Shown here piece after piece: positions 39,833 to 48,144 of a stretch of DNA of 64,000 bases. The notes beneath the pieces were generated by a model. It was not told the DNA's origin. It searched no databases and worked only from the letters and a program-made list of their open reading frames with translations. The DNA is taken from positions 12,458-76,457 of the IMG/VR virus record IMGVR_UViG_3300035698_030167, one strand, 5' to 3'. The position numbers and the translations under genes are program-made. Origin of the DNA: a virus. The stretch's first letter is position 1. Every line of letters begins with the position of its first letter.

Positions 39833-40086
39833 TCAAATCTCAATAAGTATTGCTTATTTTTTGTGATTGGCTTTAGCCAACTTATATGCCAGTTCCATCC
39901 TTGTCCTTCATACCAACCTTTTTTTTCATTCCTCAAAGGTTTAAACTCAAAAGGACCTGACCCACATTGATAAGTCATTGCTGTAACAAAAGCTGGTCCT
40001 GCTTTATCTTCTTTAGCGTGAAAATAACCATAATGCATTATGCTAACTTTCTTTATATCTTCATATCTTTTTATAAAAGCTTTCAT
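39829..40086 (-). CDS. WH.SWL-family small protein 3
   Basis: Same pattern; ends KNKQYLLRFE. Confidence 0.7.
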   Translation of the reverse strand: MKAFIKRYEDIKKVSIMHYGYFHAKEDKAGPAFVTAMTYQCGSGPFEFKPLRNEKKGWYEGQGWNWHISWLKPITKNKQYLLRFE

Positions 40087-40475
40087 GCGCCTTCACCATA
40101 AAACCATTTCTTCTCTTCTTTAAAATTGAAATCAATTTTGTGTGTTTCTTGCGAAAAATTTTCCGCAAAAGTTTCTTTTATAAAATTTTCTGCATCATCA
40201 TAGTCAATAAAACTATTATTAAATCTTTTGCCACAAGTTTCTTCACTATCATCATCCCAACATTTTCTCCAGCAATTTTCTTTTTTATCCCAAATGAGAT
40301 TATCTTCTTCTATAAGAGAAACATGAAAATGAACGCCAACACCATAATATTTATTTACTGAAACAGAAACTCTGCGTTTTTCATCGCAAGGAAACTTTCT
40401 TTTATGTGGCTTTGGCAAATCTTTTAAGTATCCGCCAAAACTTTCATTAACTTCCATTAATTTATTTGAACTCAT
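40083..40475 (-). CDS. Hypothetical protein
   Basis: Start moved to MSSNKL. Confidence 0.55.
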   Translation of the reverse strand: MSSNKLMEVNESFGGYLKDLPKPHKRKFPCDEKRRVSVSVNKYYGVGVHFHVSLIEEDNLIWDKKENCWRKCWDDDSEETCGKRFNNSFIDYDDAENFIKETFAENFSQETHKIDFNFKEEKKWFYGEGA

Positions 40476-41010
40476 ATCTAATCTCCAAAAAATCAAGAAC
40501 AGCTTGAACACGATGTATTATTGCCAGCTGAACTTTATTTATTAAACTATTTTCTCTTTTCAGATGTTCTAAAATATATTTAGTTTCTTTCCAATACCAT
40601 CTAATAAAATTTTTATCCGCTTCATCACCTTCAAGAAAAAGAACATTATGTAATCTATCAACAAGTTTTACCGTAAAAGCATCGCTACTCATTTTATTGA
40701 TAGAATAAGACATATAGGCTTTTTTGCCCATTTGTACTTTCAATATATTATCATTCGTTAGCTCATAAACTAAATCTGCTATCTTCTTACCAAAAACTTT
40801 ATTTATTTCTTCATAAGAAGTATCCGTATCTTCTATTACATCATGTAATAGAGCTACGATAACTAAATCTTCATCTTTGGTTAGCTCTTCTACTTTACGA
40901 GCAACCCATTTGGGATGAACAAAATAATCTAAATTGCTAAACTTACGTTTTTGCCCATCGTGTTTTTGCTTAGAAAAATTATATGCTTTTATTACTCTTT
41001 TCTTTATCAT
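40462..41010 (-). CDS. HD-domain hydrolase, RelA/SpoT-type (small alarmone hydrolase-like)
   Basis: HDGQKRK, YFVHP, ALLHDVIEDT, VKLVDRLHN. Confidence 0.8.
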   Translation of the reverse strand: MIKKRVIKAYNFSKQKHDGQKRKFSNLDYFVHPKWVARKVEELTKDEDLVIVALLHDVIEDTDTSYEEINKVFGKKIADLVYELTNDNILKVQMGKKAYMSYSINKMSSDAFTVKLVDRLHNVLFLEGDEADKNFIRWYWKETKYILEHLKRENSLINKVQLAIIHRVQAVLDFLEIRYEFK

Positions 41011-41048
41011 AATTTATTATAAAATAAATTTGTGTTTTTGTCAAATGA

Positions 41049-41888
41049 TTAGTAGTTAGTTATTACTAGCTCATTTTTCAGGCGGGTGTGTTTATTTCCT
41101 TCTTCATCTGTTTTGAAGGACATGCAGTATCTATATTCTTCTATGTTTATATTGAAGTTTTTATACCAATCTCTTAACGCTTTATTATCATTATAAGTTA
41201 GCATCCATTTAGCATTACATCTCAATATAACTTCAAAAAATCTTCTATGATTGAAGCCTTTATGAAGCTCTCCATTTTTGCCATATAAAGTATTTTTTAT
41301 ATCATAAGGCGGGTCTAAAAATATAAAATCGTTTTTAGTTGCTGACTTTATTTGTTCTTCATAATCAAGATTGGTTATTTCAAAATCTTGTATTAGCTTA
41401 GAAACAATATGAAGTTTTTCTATATTTTTTAAATTAAAGGTTTTTCTATAAGCATCTTTTGATAATGAGCCGTGCTCTGTCAATCCTGAAAAACTTATTT
41501 TATTCAAAACATAAAAAGCAATAGCTCTAGATATTTCATTATCCTCATTTATTACTTGTTGCATTTGCGCAAGTAATCTTTTTCCATGCTTTATATCATT
41601 AGGATCATTTGTTCTTCTAATAATATTGATAGCAGTAATCATTGAAATTTGAATATCTCGTAAAGATTTCCAAAAGCAATATAGATTATAGTTCAAATCA
41701 TTTATATAAAACTTTCTATCAGGATGCTTTTGCTTTTCCCAAAGCGCAACACTTCCTCCACCTATAAATGGCTCGTAATAGTTTTCATATTCTTCTGGAA
41801 TATATTTGTTGAGTATTCTTTTTATTACTTTGGATTTGCCCCCTGGCGTTCTAAGCGGAGTTATTATTTTATATTGAAAATCTTTCAT
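41049..41888 (-). CDS. Dam-like (D12 class) DNA adenine methyltransferase
   Basis: LRTPGGKS, EPFIGGGSV, IFLDPPY, ELVITNY. Confidence 0.9.
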   Translation of the reverse strand: MKDFQYKIITPLRTPGGKSKVIKRILNKYIPEEYENYYEPFIGGGSVALWEKQKHPDRKFYINDLNYNLYCFWKSLRDIQISMITAINIIRRTNDPNDIKHGKRLLAQMQQVINEDNEISRAIAFYVLNKISFSGLTEHGSLSKDAYRKTFNLKNIEKLHIVSKLIQDFEITNLDYEEQIKSATKNDFIFLDPPYDIKNTLYGKNGELHKGFNHRRFFEVILRCNAKWMLTYNDNKALRDWYKNFNINIEEYRYCMSFKTDEEGNKHTRLKNELVITNY

Positions 41889-42802
41889 TAATTATATCTA
41901 TATATTATTATTTCATGAGATTTTTTAATATGGCTATCTTTATTTTCTTTTCTATTTTTTCCTATTCTCGTTTCGCCTTGACCCATTGTATATTGCCAGC
42001 TTGGAAAATGCTGTTTATAATCTTTATACCATTCCCTTATTACTGGACAGTCATTATAGGATAAAATAAAGCCAGCTTTATGTTGTTTTAATAAATCTCT
42101 TAATAATTTGTGTTTAAATCCATTGTGATGTATAGGAATATTCCTCATTGGATATATTCCTTTAAACATTTTTGAGCCTTCGCCTATATAGTAAGGTGGG
42201 TCGCAATAAAAAAAATCATTCGGATATTTTTTAAATATTTCTTCAAAACTTGAACATCCAACTTTTAGATTTTTTGGTTTAAAATCTTTTACTCTTTCTA
42301 TTGCTCTATTATATTTATTTTTATTTAGATATATTTTTGAAGACCAACCTAAAAAACCAGGCCCATAAGATAAATTAAAATTAAAAAAGTAATAAGCAGC
42401 AAGCGTAAGAGCATCTAGTTCAATATCTTTATTCCAATGTTGCTTTAAAATTAATTTGATTTTATCAAAAGTTTCTTTATTGGGATTTAATTTTTTCAGC
42501 TCTTTATATAACAGCAATGGTTGTTCTATTTGTTGTTTCCAATAATTTGCTAAAATATCAAAAATATCATATCCAATAACCTCTAAATTTAAAAACTTGC
42601 TCATTGTTATTTCAATAGAGCCTCCACCAAAAAAAGGCGAAACAATTTTTTTTACGTCATCTGGCAATACTTCAATAATATTTCCAACCGCTAGACTTTT
42701 TCCACCTGCATACCGTATAGTAGAAGCAATTACTCTTTTGTATTTATTCATGCTATTTTTATTGGTACTTATTATTGAATCTAAAAAAATTTGTTTATCC
42801 AT
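41888..42802 (-). CDS. Dam-like (D12 class) DNA adenine methyltransferase
   Basis: RYAGGKS, SPFFGGGSIE, FYCDPPY, EIII. Confidence 0.9.
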   Translation of the reverse strand: MDKQIFLDSIISTNKNSMNKYKRVIASTIRYAGGKSLAVGNIIEVLPDDVKKIVSPFFGGGSIEITMSKFLNLEVIGYDIFDILANYWKQQIEQPLLLYKELKKLNPNKETFDKIKLILKQHWNKDIELDALTLAAYYFFNFNLSYGPGFLGWSSKIYLNKNKYNRAIERVKDFKPKNLKVGCSSFEEIFKKYPNDFFYCDPPYYIGEGSKMFKGIYPMRNIPIHHNGFKHKLLRDLLKQHKAGFILSYNDCPVIREWYKDYKQHFPSWQYTMGQGETRIGKNRKENKDSHIKKSHEIIIYRYN

Positions 42803-42862
42803 TATTTTCCTTTATTTATTATATATTAATTTTATTATCTTGTCAAGTAAAGTAAAATAAAA

Positions 42863-43615
42863 TTAAATCAAAAAATCATTTTGAGCGTTTCCATAAAAAA
42901 TAAGTTTATTCACTTCATAGCAAGGAGAAAGATTTTCCAACAATAAATTTAACATTTTTTCTTTGCTCATCCAGAATTTAACTTTTCTATAATGAACATC
43001 GCTATCATTCCTCATTTCTATTTCACCTACTGTTGTTCCATATTTAAAAATTACTTTTTGATTATCCCTTTGCAGCCTTGTTCTTGCTTTAGAGTTTCTT
43101 ACTTCTATATTAGAAAAAAGAGTTTTTATCACATCTTTGGCATTAAAAACATGAAAGAAGTTATTACAAAAAACAGTAAAATAATCTACTTCTTCATCAT
43201 TAAAAAAAGCTTTAAATAAAAAATTTTTTTTGTTTTTATCGTTTAACAAATAGTTTTTCAAATCCAACATATTATTAGCTAATTGGATTTTATAAACATC
43301 TTTATTGCTCAAATAGTCTTCTCTTTTTACTGGAAAACTATTTATACAATTAATAAAAATTTTTCCAATTTCTCCAAAATCTTCTTTAAATCTATTTTTA
43401 CCATAAAGAAAAATTTGCCATTTTTTTTGAGCTGCTTTAACCGAATGATTCTTTCCTGTTTTATCTATAACATCCGCTTTTCCTGTTCCTTTAACAACTT
43501 TTCCCTCAATTAAAAAAGCATACTTTTTTTCAACTCTATGTCCTTCTTTTTTAACATAGCTTGCTTTTTCAGAAGTCATAGCTCTTCTTCTATAAGTTCC
43601 CACACCTTCCTCCAT
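42863..43615 (-). CDS. Putative PD-(D/E)xK-type (restriction-like) endonuclease
   Basis: GH..E, KADV...HSVK pattern; adjacent to two MTases; inference only. Confidence 0.45.
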   Translation of the reverse strand: MEEGVGTYRRRAMTSEKASYVKKEGHRVEKKYAFLIEGKVVKGTGKADVIDKTGKNHSVKAAQKKWQIFLYGKNRFKEDFGEIGKIFINCINSFPVKREDYLSNKDVYKIQLANNMLDLKNYLLNDKNKKNFLFKAFFNDEEVDYFTVFCNNFFHVFNAKDVIKTLFSNIEVRNSKARTRLQRDNQKVIFKYGTTVGEIEMRNDSDVHYRKVKFWMSKEKMLNLLLENLSPCYEVNKLIFYGNAQNDFLI

Positions 43616-43645
43616 TATATCATTATTATTTAAAATCGTTAAGCC

Positions 43646-43837
43646 CTATCCTATAAAATCAAGCTCTAGTTGACAGCTTGTTTTTGGATATTTTCTATGA
43701 GTAAGATGCCACATCGTTGAAGTTATAGGGAGAACAAAAGTTTCATCTATAAATCCATTTTTTACAAATTTCCATAAACGGCTTCTGGCTTCTTCCAACC
43801 TATCTAAATCGCTTTGTGGAACAACAACATATTTCAT
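43646..43837 (-). CDS. Hypothetical protein ending QLELDFIG
   Basis: 63-aa ORF with GGAG RBS. Confidence 0.55.
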   Translation of the reverse strand: MKYVVVPQSDLDRLEEARSRLWKFVKNGFIDETFVLPITSTMWHLTHRKYPKTSCQLELDFIG

Positions 43838-43845
43838 TTTATCTC

Positions 43846-45258
43846 CTACGCAGCGAAATCAAACTTCAACTGGTATTTATCCATCAGTTTTCTATAACAA
43901 GGCTTACAAGTTTTTTTGTCATAGTTTTGTACAAACCCATTTTCTATATAACACCATAATTCACACTCACTACATTCATAAACTTTTTCATTATCTCGTG
44001 CATTTTCAAAACAACCTTCACATAAAGCACCGCCGGAAACAAAAACTACATTATCTTTATGCACGCTATCATTACATTTTTCACACTGAATATAAAATTT
44101 TTCAAAACAATTTTCACATACTTGACCGCTATCAACTGAGTTCCAGCTATATGCATTGAGGTGAACTTCGCCACATTCAATACATTCCATTGTGTAATCA
44201 TTCATGCAATTTTCACAGAAAAACGCTTCATCTACTTCAACTCTATCATAATCACGACGCCCACATTGCGGGCAAACTTCTTTGTTTGTGTTTTCAAATA
44301 TGTTTATATTTTCACTAGCCAACTCAGACAATCCGCCACCGCAATAAAATACATCATTAGAACTACGATGCATACTATTTTTGTCATAAAAATATATTCC
44401 ACAATCGCCATATTTTAACCATCCGCCCTTAAAAAATTCTGTTTTATCTTGATAAATAAAAGATGAATATCCATTAGTATGAAACAAAAAATCTACTTTA
44501 TGCTTAGAAGTATAATTACTACCTAAATCTTTAAATTTTTCAACATTAAAAATTTCATTTATTGTACTTTCATAAAGAAGATCGGCTGGATAAAATTTTA
44601 CTATATTTATCATGTCTTCTTTATTTAGTAAAAGCCAACTTCTTGTCAAAACTTTATCAACAACTATATTCTTATAGTTTTTTTCTTGTCCATTAGTCAA
44701 ATACATCATTGCTCTATTTTTATCGCCAACAAGTCCAGGAAGTCCAGCCCAATAAGCACCTTCATAATCACTATCAACATTTAGACAAGAACTCCAGCTT
44801 TCAGCAGCAGCACATAAAAACCAATCTTCAAAATTTAAAGATAACACCAAACTTGTTTGTTTTTTAGGATATTTTTTTGTTCCAATCACTTCTAACAATC
44901 GTTCAATGCGACACTTTTCCATTGAGTCCTTATAATAATCACACAAAGCTTTAAAAATTTTTACTTCTTGCTTGTTGATTTTTATTTTATTTTTTCTAAA
45001 ATTTTCATATCTTACACTATAGTTATTAACAAATGAATTAAATTGATATTTAAAATCTCTCCACCCCTGGTCTGCATCGCTCAATACTTCATCAGGAACA
45101 GGAAGTTTTATTCTGTAATCTTTACTATCTTTCAATAATTCTTTATATACTTCATCTATATTAGGTTCATAAAGATTTTTTTCAAATTTTTTCAAGCCAT
45201 CTTTTTCAAGAGAAAAGTACTTTGAAACTAAATTGAAAATAATTTCTTTGTTTGACAT
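43846..45258 (-). CDS. SLNF.DWFLC/WSSCL family protein, copy D, with tandem CxxC C-terminus ending QLKFDFAA
   Basis: Conserved core plus many CxxC pairs. Confidence 0.75.
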   Translation of the reverse strand: MSNKEIIFNLVSKYFSLEKDGLKKFEKNLYEPNIDEVYKELLKDSKDYRIKLPVPDEVLSDADQGWRDFKYQFNSFVNNYSVRYENFRKNKIKINKQEVKIFKALCDYYKDSMEKCRIERLLEVIGTKKYPKKQTSLVLSLNFEDWFLCAAAESWSSCLNVDSDYEGAYWAGLPGLVGDKNRAMMYLTNGQEKNYKNIVVDKVLTRSWLLLNKEDMINIVKFYPADLLYESTINEIFNVEKFKDLGSNYTSKHKVDFLFHTNGYSSFIYQDKTEFFKGGWLKYGDCGIYFYDKNSMHRSSNDVFYCGGGLSELASENINIFENTNKEVCPQCGRRDYDRVEVDEAFFCENCMNDYTMECIECGEVHLNAYSWNSVDSGQVCENCFEKFYIQCEKCNDSVHKDNVVFVSGGALCEGCFENARDNEKVYECSECELWCYIENGFVQNYDKKTCKPCYRKLMDKYQLKFDFAA

Positions 45259-45344
45259 TTTTTTCCTTTATAAATATCTTTTATCATTTATTCTTTCATT
45301 CATACTATATTATAATATAGTTTTATGTTTTTGTCAATTTTTTT

Positions 45345-45970
45345 AGCATAAAAAAAGGGAATGTTCACGCACGTTCCCAAAAGCGGGTGCTCTATCGATA
45401 ATCACCTATACGCCATTTTACTATCGTTGAAAATGGAAAAGTCTACGGCTTACAGCAAGGAAGCTACTCGTTACATCTTATGGTGATATAAAACCAGACG
45501 CCCAAAAATGAAAGTTTTACGCCCTCACCTTCAACGGCAAATTCTGCTCTTTTAATTTTCAGAGAGGATGCGAGTTTCAAACCTCTTACACCATTATATT
45601 TGTTGGCATATTCAAACTGCCTAACAAATATAAAAGTCGCCAAAACTTATCTCTGGATTTTCACCAGTATGTTTAGGATAGCAGTCCCTGGCTTGTTCAA
45701 ACTCACGGCATTTTAGTCTGCCAACTAAAATATATAACACCCTCTCAAAAAACTAAAAAAATGCGGTAGGTTATTTCGCAAAGCCACCCTAAACCATTTT
45801 ACATTCCGAACGCTAAACTCTAATGTGAGCGCTGAATATTGGGTGGTTCCCGCCATTGCATCTTTAAAAATTGATAATCGGTTTCATCTCAGCTTCCATA
45901 GATAGCCGACAACCCACAAGTTTCAAAGTCCTGATGAATAAAGGTTTACCCTCTATGTATCAATTTTTCA
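45345..45970 (-). ncRNA. Long ORF-free multi-hairpin region ending in a terminator; candidate large ncRNA(s)
   Basis: No ORF of 60 aa or more; visibly GC-richer; several perfect hairpins. Confidence 0.5.
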
Positions 45971-45974
45971 AACA

Positions 45975-46091
45975 AAAAGATTAGTTTATGTCCATCGTTA
46001 TGACAAAATCGAATGCGCTAGTCAACTCGCCTGGGCCGTCCTTTCTAGAATAGGAGTGAACATTGAACCATCAACTCAAAACTAATCTTTT
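45975..46091 (-). ncRNA. Structured ncRNA family X, copy 1
   Basis: 13-bp terminal stem, TGAGT/GTTCA hairpin, promoter immediately upstream. Confidence 0.7.
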
Positions 46092-46136
46092 CATTATCTT
46101 ATCATAATCTTTTTTTTCTTTTTTGTCAATAATTTA

Positions 46137-46208
46137 TGGAAGCACCAGGAGTCGAACCTGGACTCACAGATTTTCAGTCTGCTCTGCGACCGCTTACAGC
46201 ATACTTCC
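46137..46208 (-). tRNA. tRNA-Phe(GAA)
   Basis: Loop CT-GAA-AA. Confidence 0.88.
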
Positions 46209-46213
46209 GTTTT

Positions 46214-46292
46214 TGCAGGCACCGGAGTCGAACCGATTATTTCTGGCTTATGAGGCCAGCGTGATTTATACTTATCCATTTCACTCGCCTAC
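46214..46292 (-). tRNA. tRNA-Met/Ile2(CAT) with enlarged D-loop
   Basis: Loop CT-CAT-AA. Confidence 0.8.
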
Positions 46293-46294
46293 GA

Positions 46295-46371
46295 TGGAAG
46301 CGAAGGGAATCGAACCCTTGTCCTTGCTGAGCAACTATGCTTTTCAACAAGTCGAAACCATTTGCGCCCCC
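46295..46371 (-). ncRNA. Minimal tmRNA-like RNA (tRNA-like domain only)
   Basis: 5' GGGGGCG..GGTTTCGAC; 3' GGAC-AAGGGTTCGATTCCCTT-CGCTTCCA; G3:U70; no D stem, anticodon loop or tag ORF. Confidence 0.8.
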
Positions 46372-46372
46372 G

Positions 46373-46600
46373 TTATCTTTCGCAATTTTCCCAATGCTTT
46401 TCAAGTTCGCTGGATACTATTACATTAACTTGATCATTCAATTTGATTCTTTTTATAAAACGGTCAAGATTATAAAAATCTATTCTATCGCCATCAAATA
46501 AATTGCATTCTTCATAAACTTCTGTAATGCCATTAATAGTAACTGAACACCACGGAGGTTCGCCTTTTACTCTTTCTAAATCTAAATTAATGTTAGTCAT
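46373..46600 (-). CDS. Hypothetical protein
   Basis: 75-aa ORF. Confidence 0.55.
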   Translation of the reverse strand: MTNINLDLERVKGEPPWCSVTINGITEVYEECNLFDGDRIDFYNLDRFIKRIKLNDQVNVIVSSELEKHWENCER

Positions 46601-46612
46601 TTTTTTTCCCTT

Positions 46613-46694
46613 TGGGTCAGGTAGGACTCGAACCTACGATGTTTCTTTGTGGGGCGTTTACAGCGCCTTGCCCTCGCCACTGGACTACTGACCC
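46613..46694 (-). tRNA. tRNA-Tyr(GTA)
   Basis: Loop CT-GTA-AA; long variable arm. Confidence 0.9.
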
Positions 46695-46703
46695 TTATTT
46701 TTT

Positions 46704-46789
46704 CGCAGGAAGTAGGATTTGAACCTACGTAAACTTTTCAGCCCTCACGTTAACAGCGTGTCGCTCTGGCCAGACTGAGCTATTCCTGC
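46704..46789 (-). tRNA. tRNA-Asn(GTT) with unusually long variable region
   Basis: Loop CT-GTT-AA; G73; 16-nt variable region. Confidence 0.82.
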
Positions 46790-46795
46790 ATATTT

Positions 46796-47035
46796 TTAAC
46801 ACTCTTCTGTTTTTAACGTCCTTCTGCGTGGATTACTTTTTATTATAAAAGTAATCAAGTTATCTTTTCCCGAAGCTATTATATTAACAATATCAACAGT
46901 ATGACAATCACAATATTCATTTACTCTTTTTTCTAAATCTTCTATGTTTTCAGGCTTATCAGGATAAAGTCCTTCATGTTCACTTGCAGTTCCCATGATT
47001 TTTTTTTCCAGTTTTTGCTGAATAATCTTTATCAT
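46796..47035 (-). CDS. Hypothetical protein
   Basis: 79-aa ORF. Confidence 0.5.
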   Translation of the reverse strand: MIKIIQQKLEKKIMGTASEHEGLYPDKPENIEDLEKRVNEYCDCHTVDIVNIIASGKDNLITFIIKSNPRRRTLKTEEC

Positions 47036-47048
47036 TTTTTACCCTCTA

Positions 47049-47121
47049 TGACCGTGATAGGAATTGAACCCACGTTAACGAGATTAGGAATCTCGCGCAT
47101 TATCCGCTATGCTACACGGCC
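47049..47121 (-). tRNA. tRNA-Arg(CCT)
   Basis: Loop TT-CCT-AA. Confidence 0.88.
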
Positions 47122-47139
47122 AAATATTTGTTTTGAATT

Positions 47140-47433
47140 TTACCGTAATGTAATATATGTCCATTCAGATATTAATAAACAAACTTCTGCAAAAATATAT
47201 ATTGCAAAACAAATATCAGTTAAAATCCAATTATGTATAAAAATACATGGAATTAATACGACAACTGGAATAGTTATTAAAAATAAAGTAAATAAAAATC
47301 CAATAGCTACTTTATCTTCTATTTTATTAGATTTTTTCCATTTTTTAAAAAGCCATCTACGCCCTTCTTTTATTAAAGTAGCATAAAAAATAACTGGAAA
47401 TAATATTTTTTTTGTTATATTTAAAGTATTCAT
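47140..47433 (-). CDS. Membrane protein; paralog of 31363-31662
   Basis: EDKVAIGFLFTLFLI. Confidence 0.6.
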   Translation of the reverse strand: MNTLNITKKILFPVIFYATLIKEGRRWLFKKWKKSNKIEDKVAIGFLFTLFLITIPVVVLIPCIFIHNWILTDICFAIYIFAEVCLLISEWTYITLR

Positions 47434-47445
47434 TTTTTTCCTTTT

Positions 47446-47520
47446 TAGCCCAGATAGAAGTCAAACCTATAATCACAAAGTTTTGAACTTTATAGCGATG
47501 CCAGTTTGCGTTACTGAGCT
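47446..47520 (-). pseudogene. Degenerate tRNA-like sequence (anticodon CAA)
   Basis: Acceptor, anticodon and T stems intact; D-stem broken; T-loop TTTGACT; no long arm. Confidence 0.55.
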
Positions 47521-47524
47521 ATTG

Positions 47525-47597
47525 AGCGCCATTCGGGACTCGAACCCGAACTGTAAGTTTGGAAAACTCACGTGCTACCATTAAACACTAATAGCGC
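47525..47597 (-). tRNA. tRNA-Gly(TCC)
   Basis: Loop TT-TCC-AA; U73. Confidence 0.88.
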
Positions 47598-47722
47598 ATT
47601 TTAACAATCATTGCAATTTTCAATGGAGGCTAATCATACCGTCTTCGTGGTTTGCCTTTTCCCTCTATACTTTTACGGCTGCAGACCGTAACCACTTCGC
47701 AAAAAATCGCAACAACTGCTTT

Positions 47723-47822
47723 TAGCAAAAGCGGGATTTGCACCAGCACGCATTTCTGCATCCTGTTCGGCTGGCATTTGCCAGCCTACTGAGGACGTGT
47801 CTACTATTTCCACCATTTCGCT
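47723..47822 (-). ncRNA. tRNA-Leu-type body with an 18-nt hairpin inserted in the anticodon loop
   Basis: Leu-type D arm GGTGGAAATAGTAGACAC, long variable arm, A73; insert GGCTGGC-AAAT-GCCAGCC. Confidence 0.7.
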
Positions 47823-48144
47823 ACCAATTATTTATACGTCATAATCAAAGCCACTTATTAACCCATTAAGCTTGGGCGACTTTACGTGTGCGGAGCATAG
47901 TCATAAACTCCCGTTCCTTCATGTAGGAAAACACATTGTTTCACTTTTCTAGAGAGTGATAACTCTTATTTCTCTCTCCTTATCTTACTTCTTATATCAC
48001 GAGCCATAACATCATCAATTATTCTATCTTCAAGAACGCTAATGTCGCGCGCCCTAGCAAAAGTTTTAGTTTTTGTTTTCAAAAGATTTGCTAATGCTAT
48101 TTTTCGTCTTTGATTTTTACTAGTTGGAAAATTTTTAGTTTTCA

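Noticed and set aside
45920-45945. Hammerhead ribozyme (CTGATGA on + strand)
   Set aside because: No properly placed GAAA or stems, and it is on the strand opposite to local transcription.
45345-45970. Group I intron
   Set aside because: P/Q/R/S core sequences not found, and no interrupted gene flanks it.
46295-46371. Ordinary tRNA-Ala or permuted two-piece tmRNA
   Set aside because: No D-stem or 7-nt anticodon loop, and both acceptor strands are in normal, non-permuted order in one unit.
47446-47520. Opal suppressor (TCA) tRNA or genetic-code reassignment
   Set aside because: Correct register gives anticodon CAA; conserved genes translate intact in code 11.
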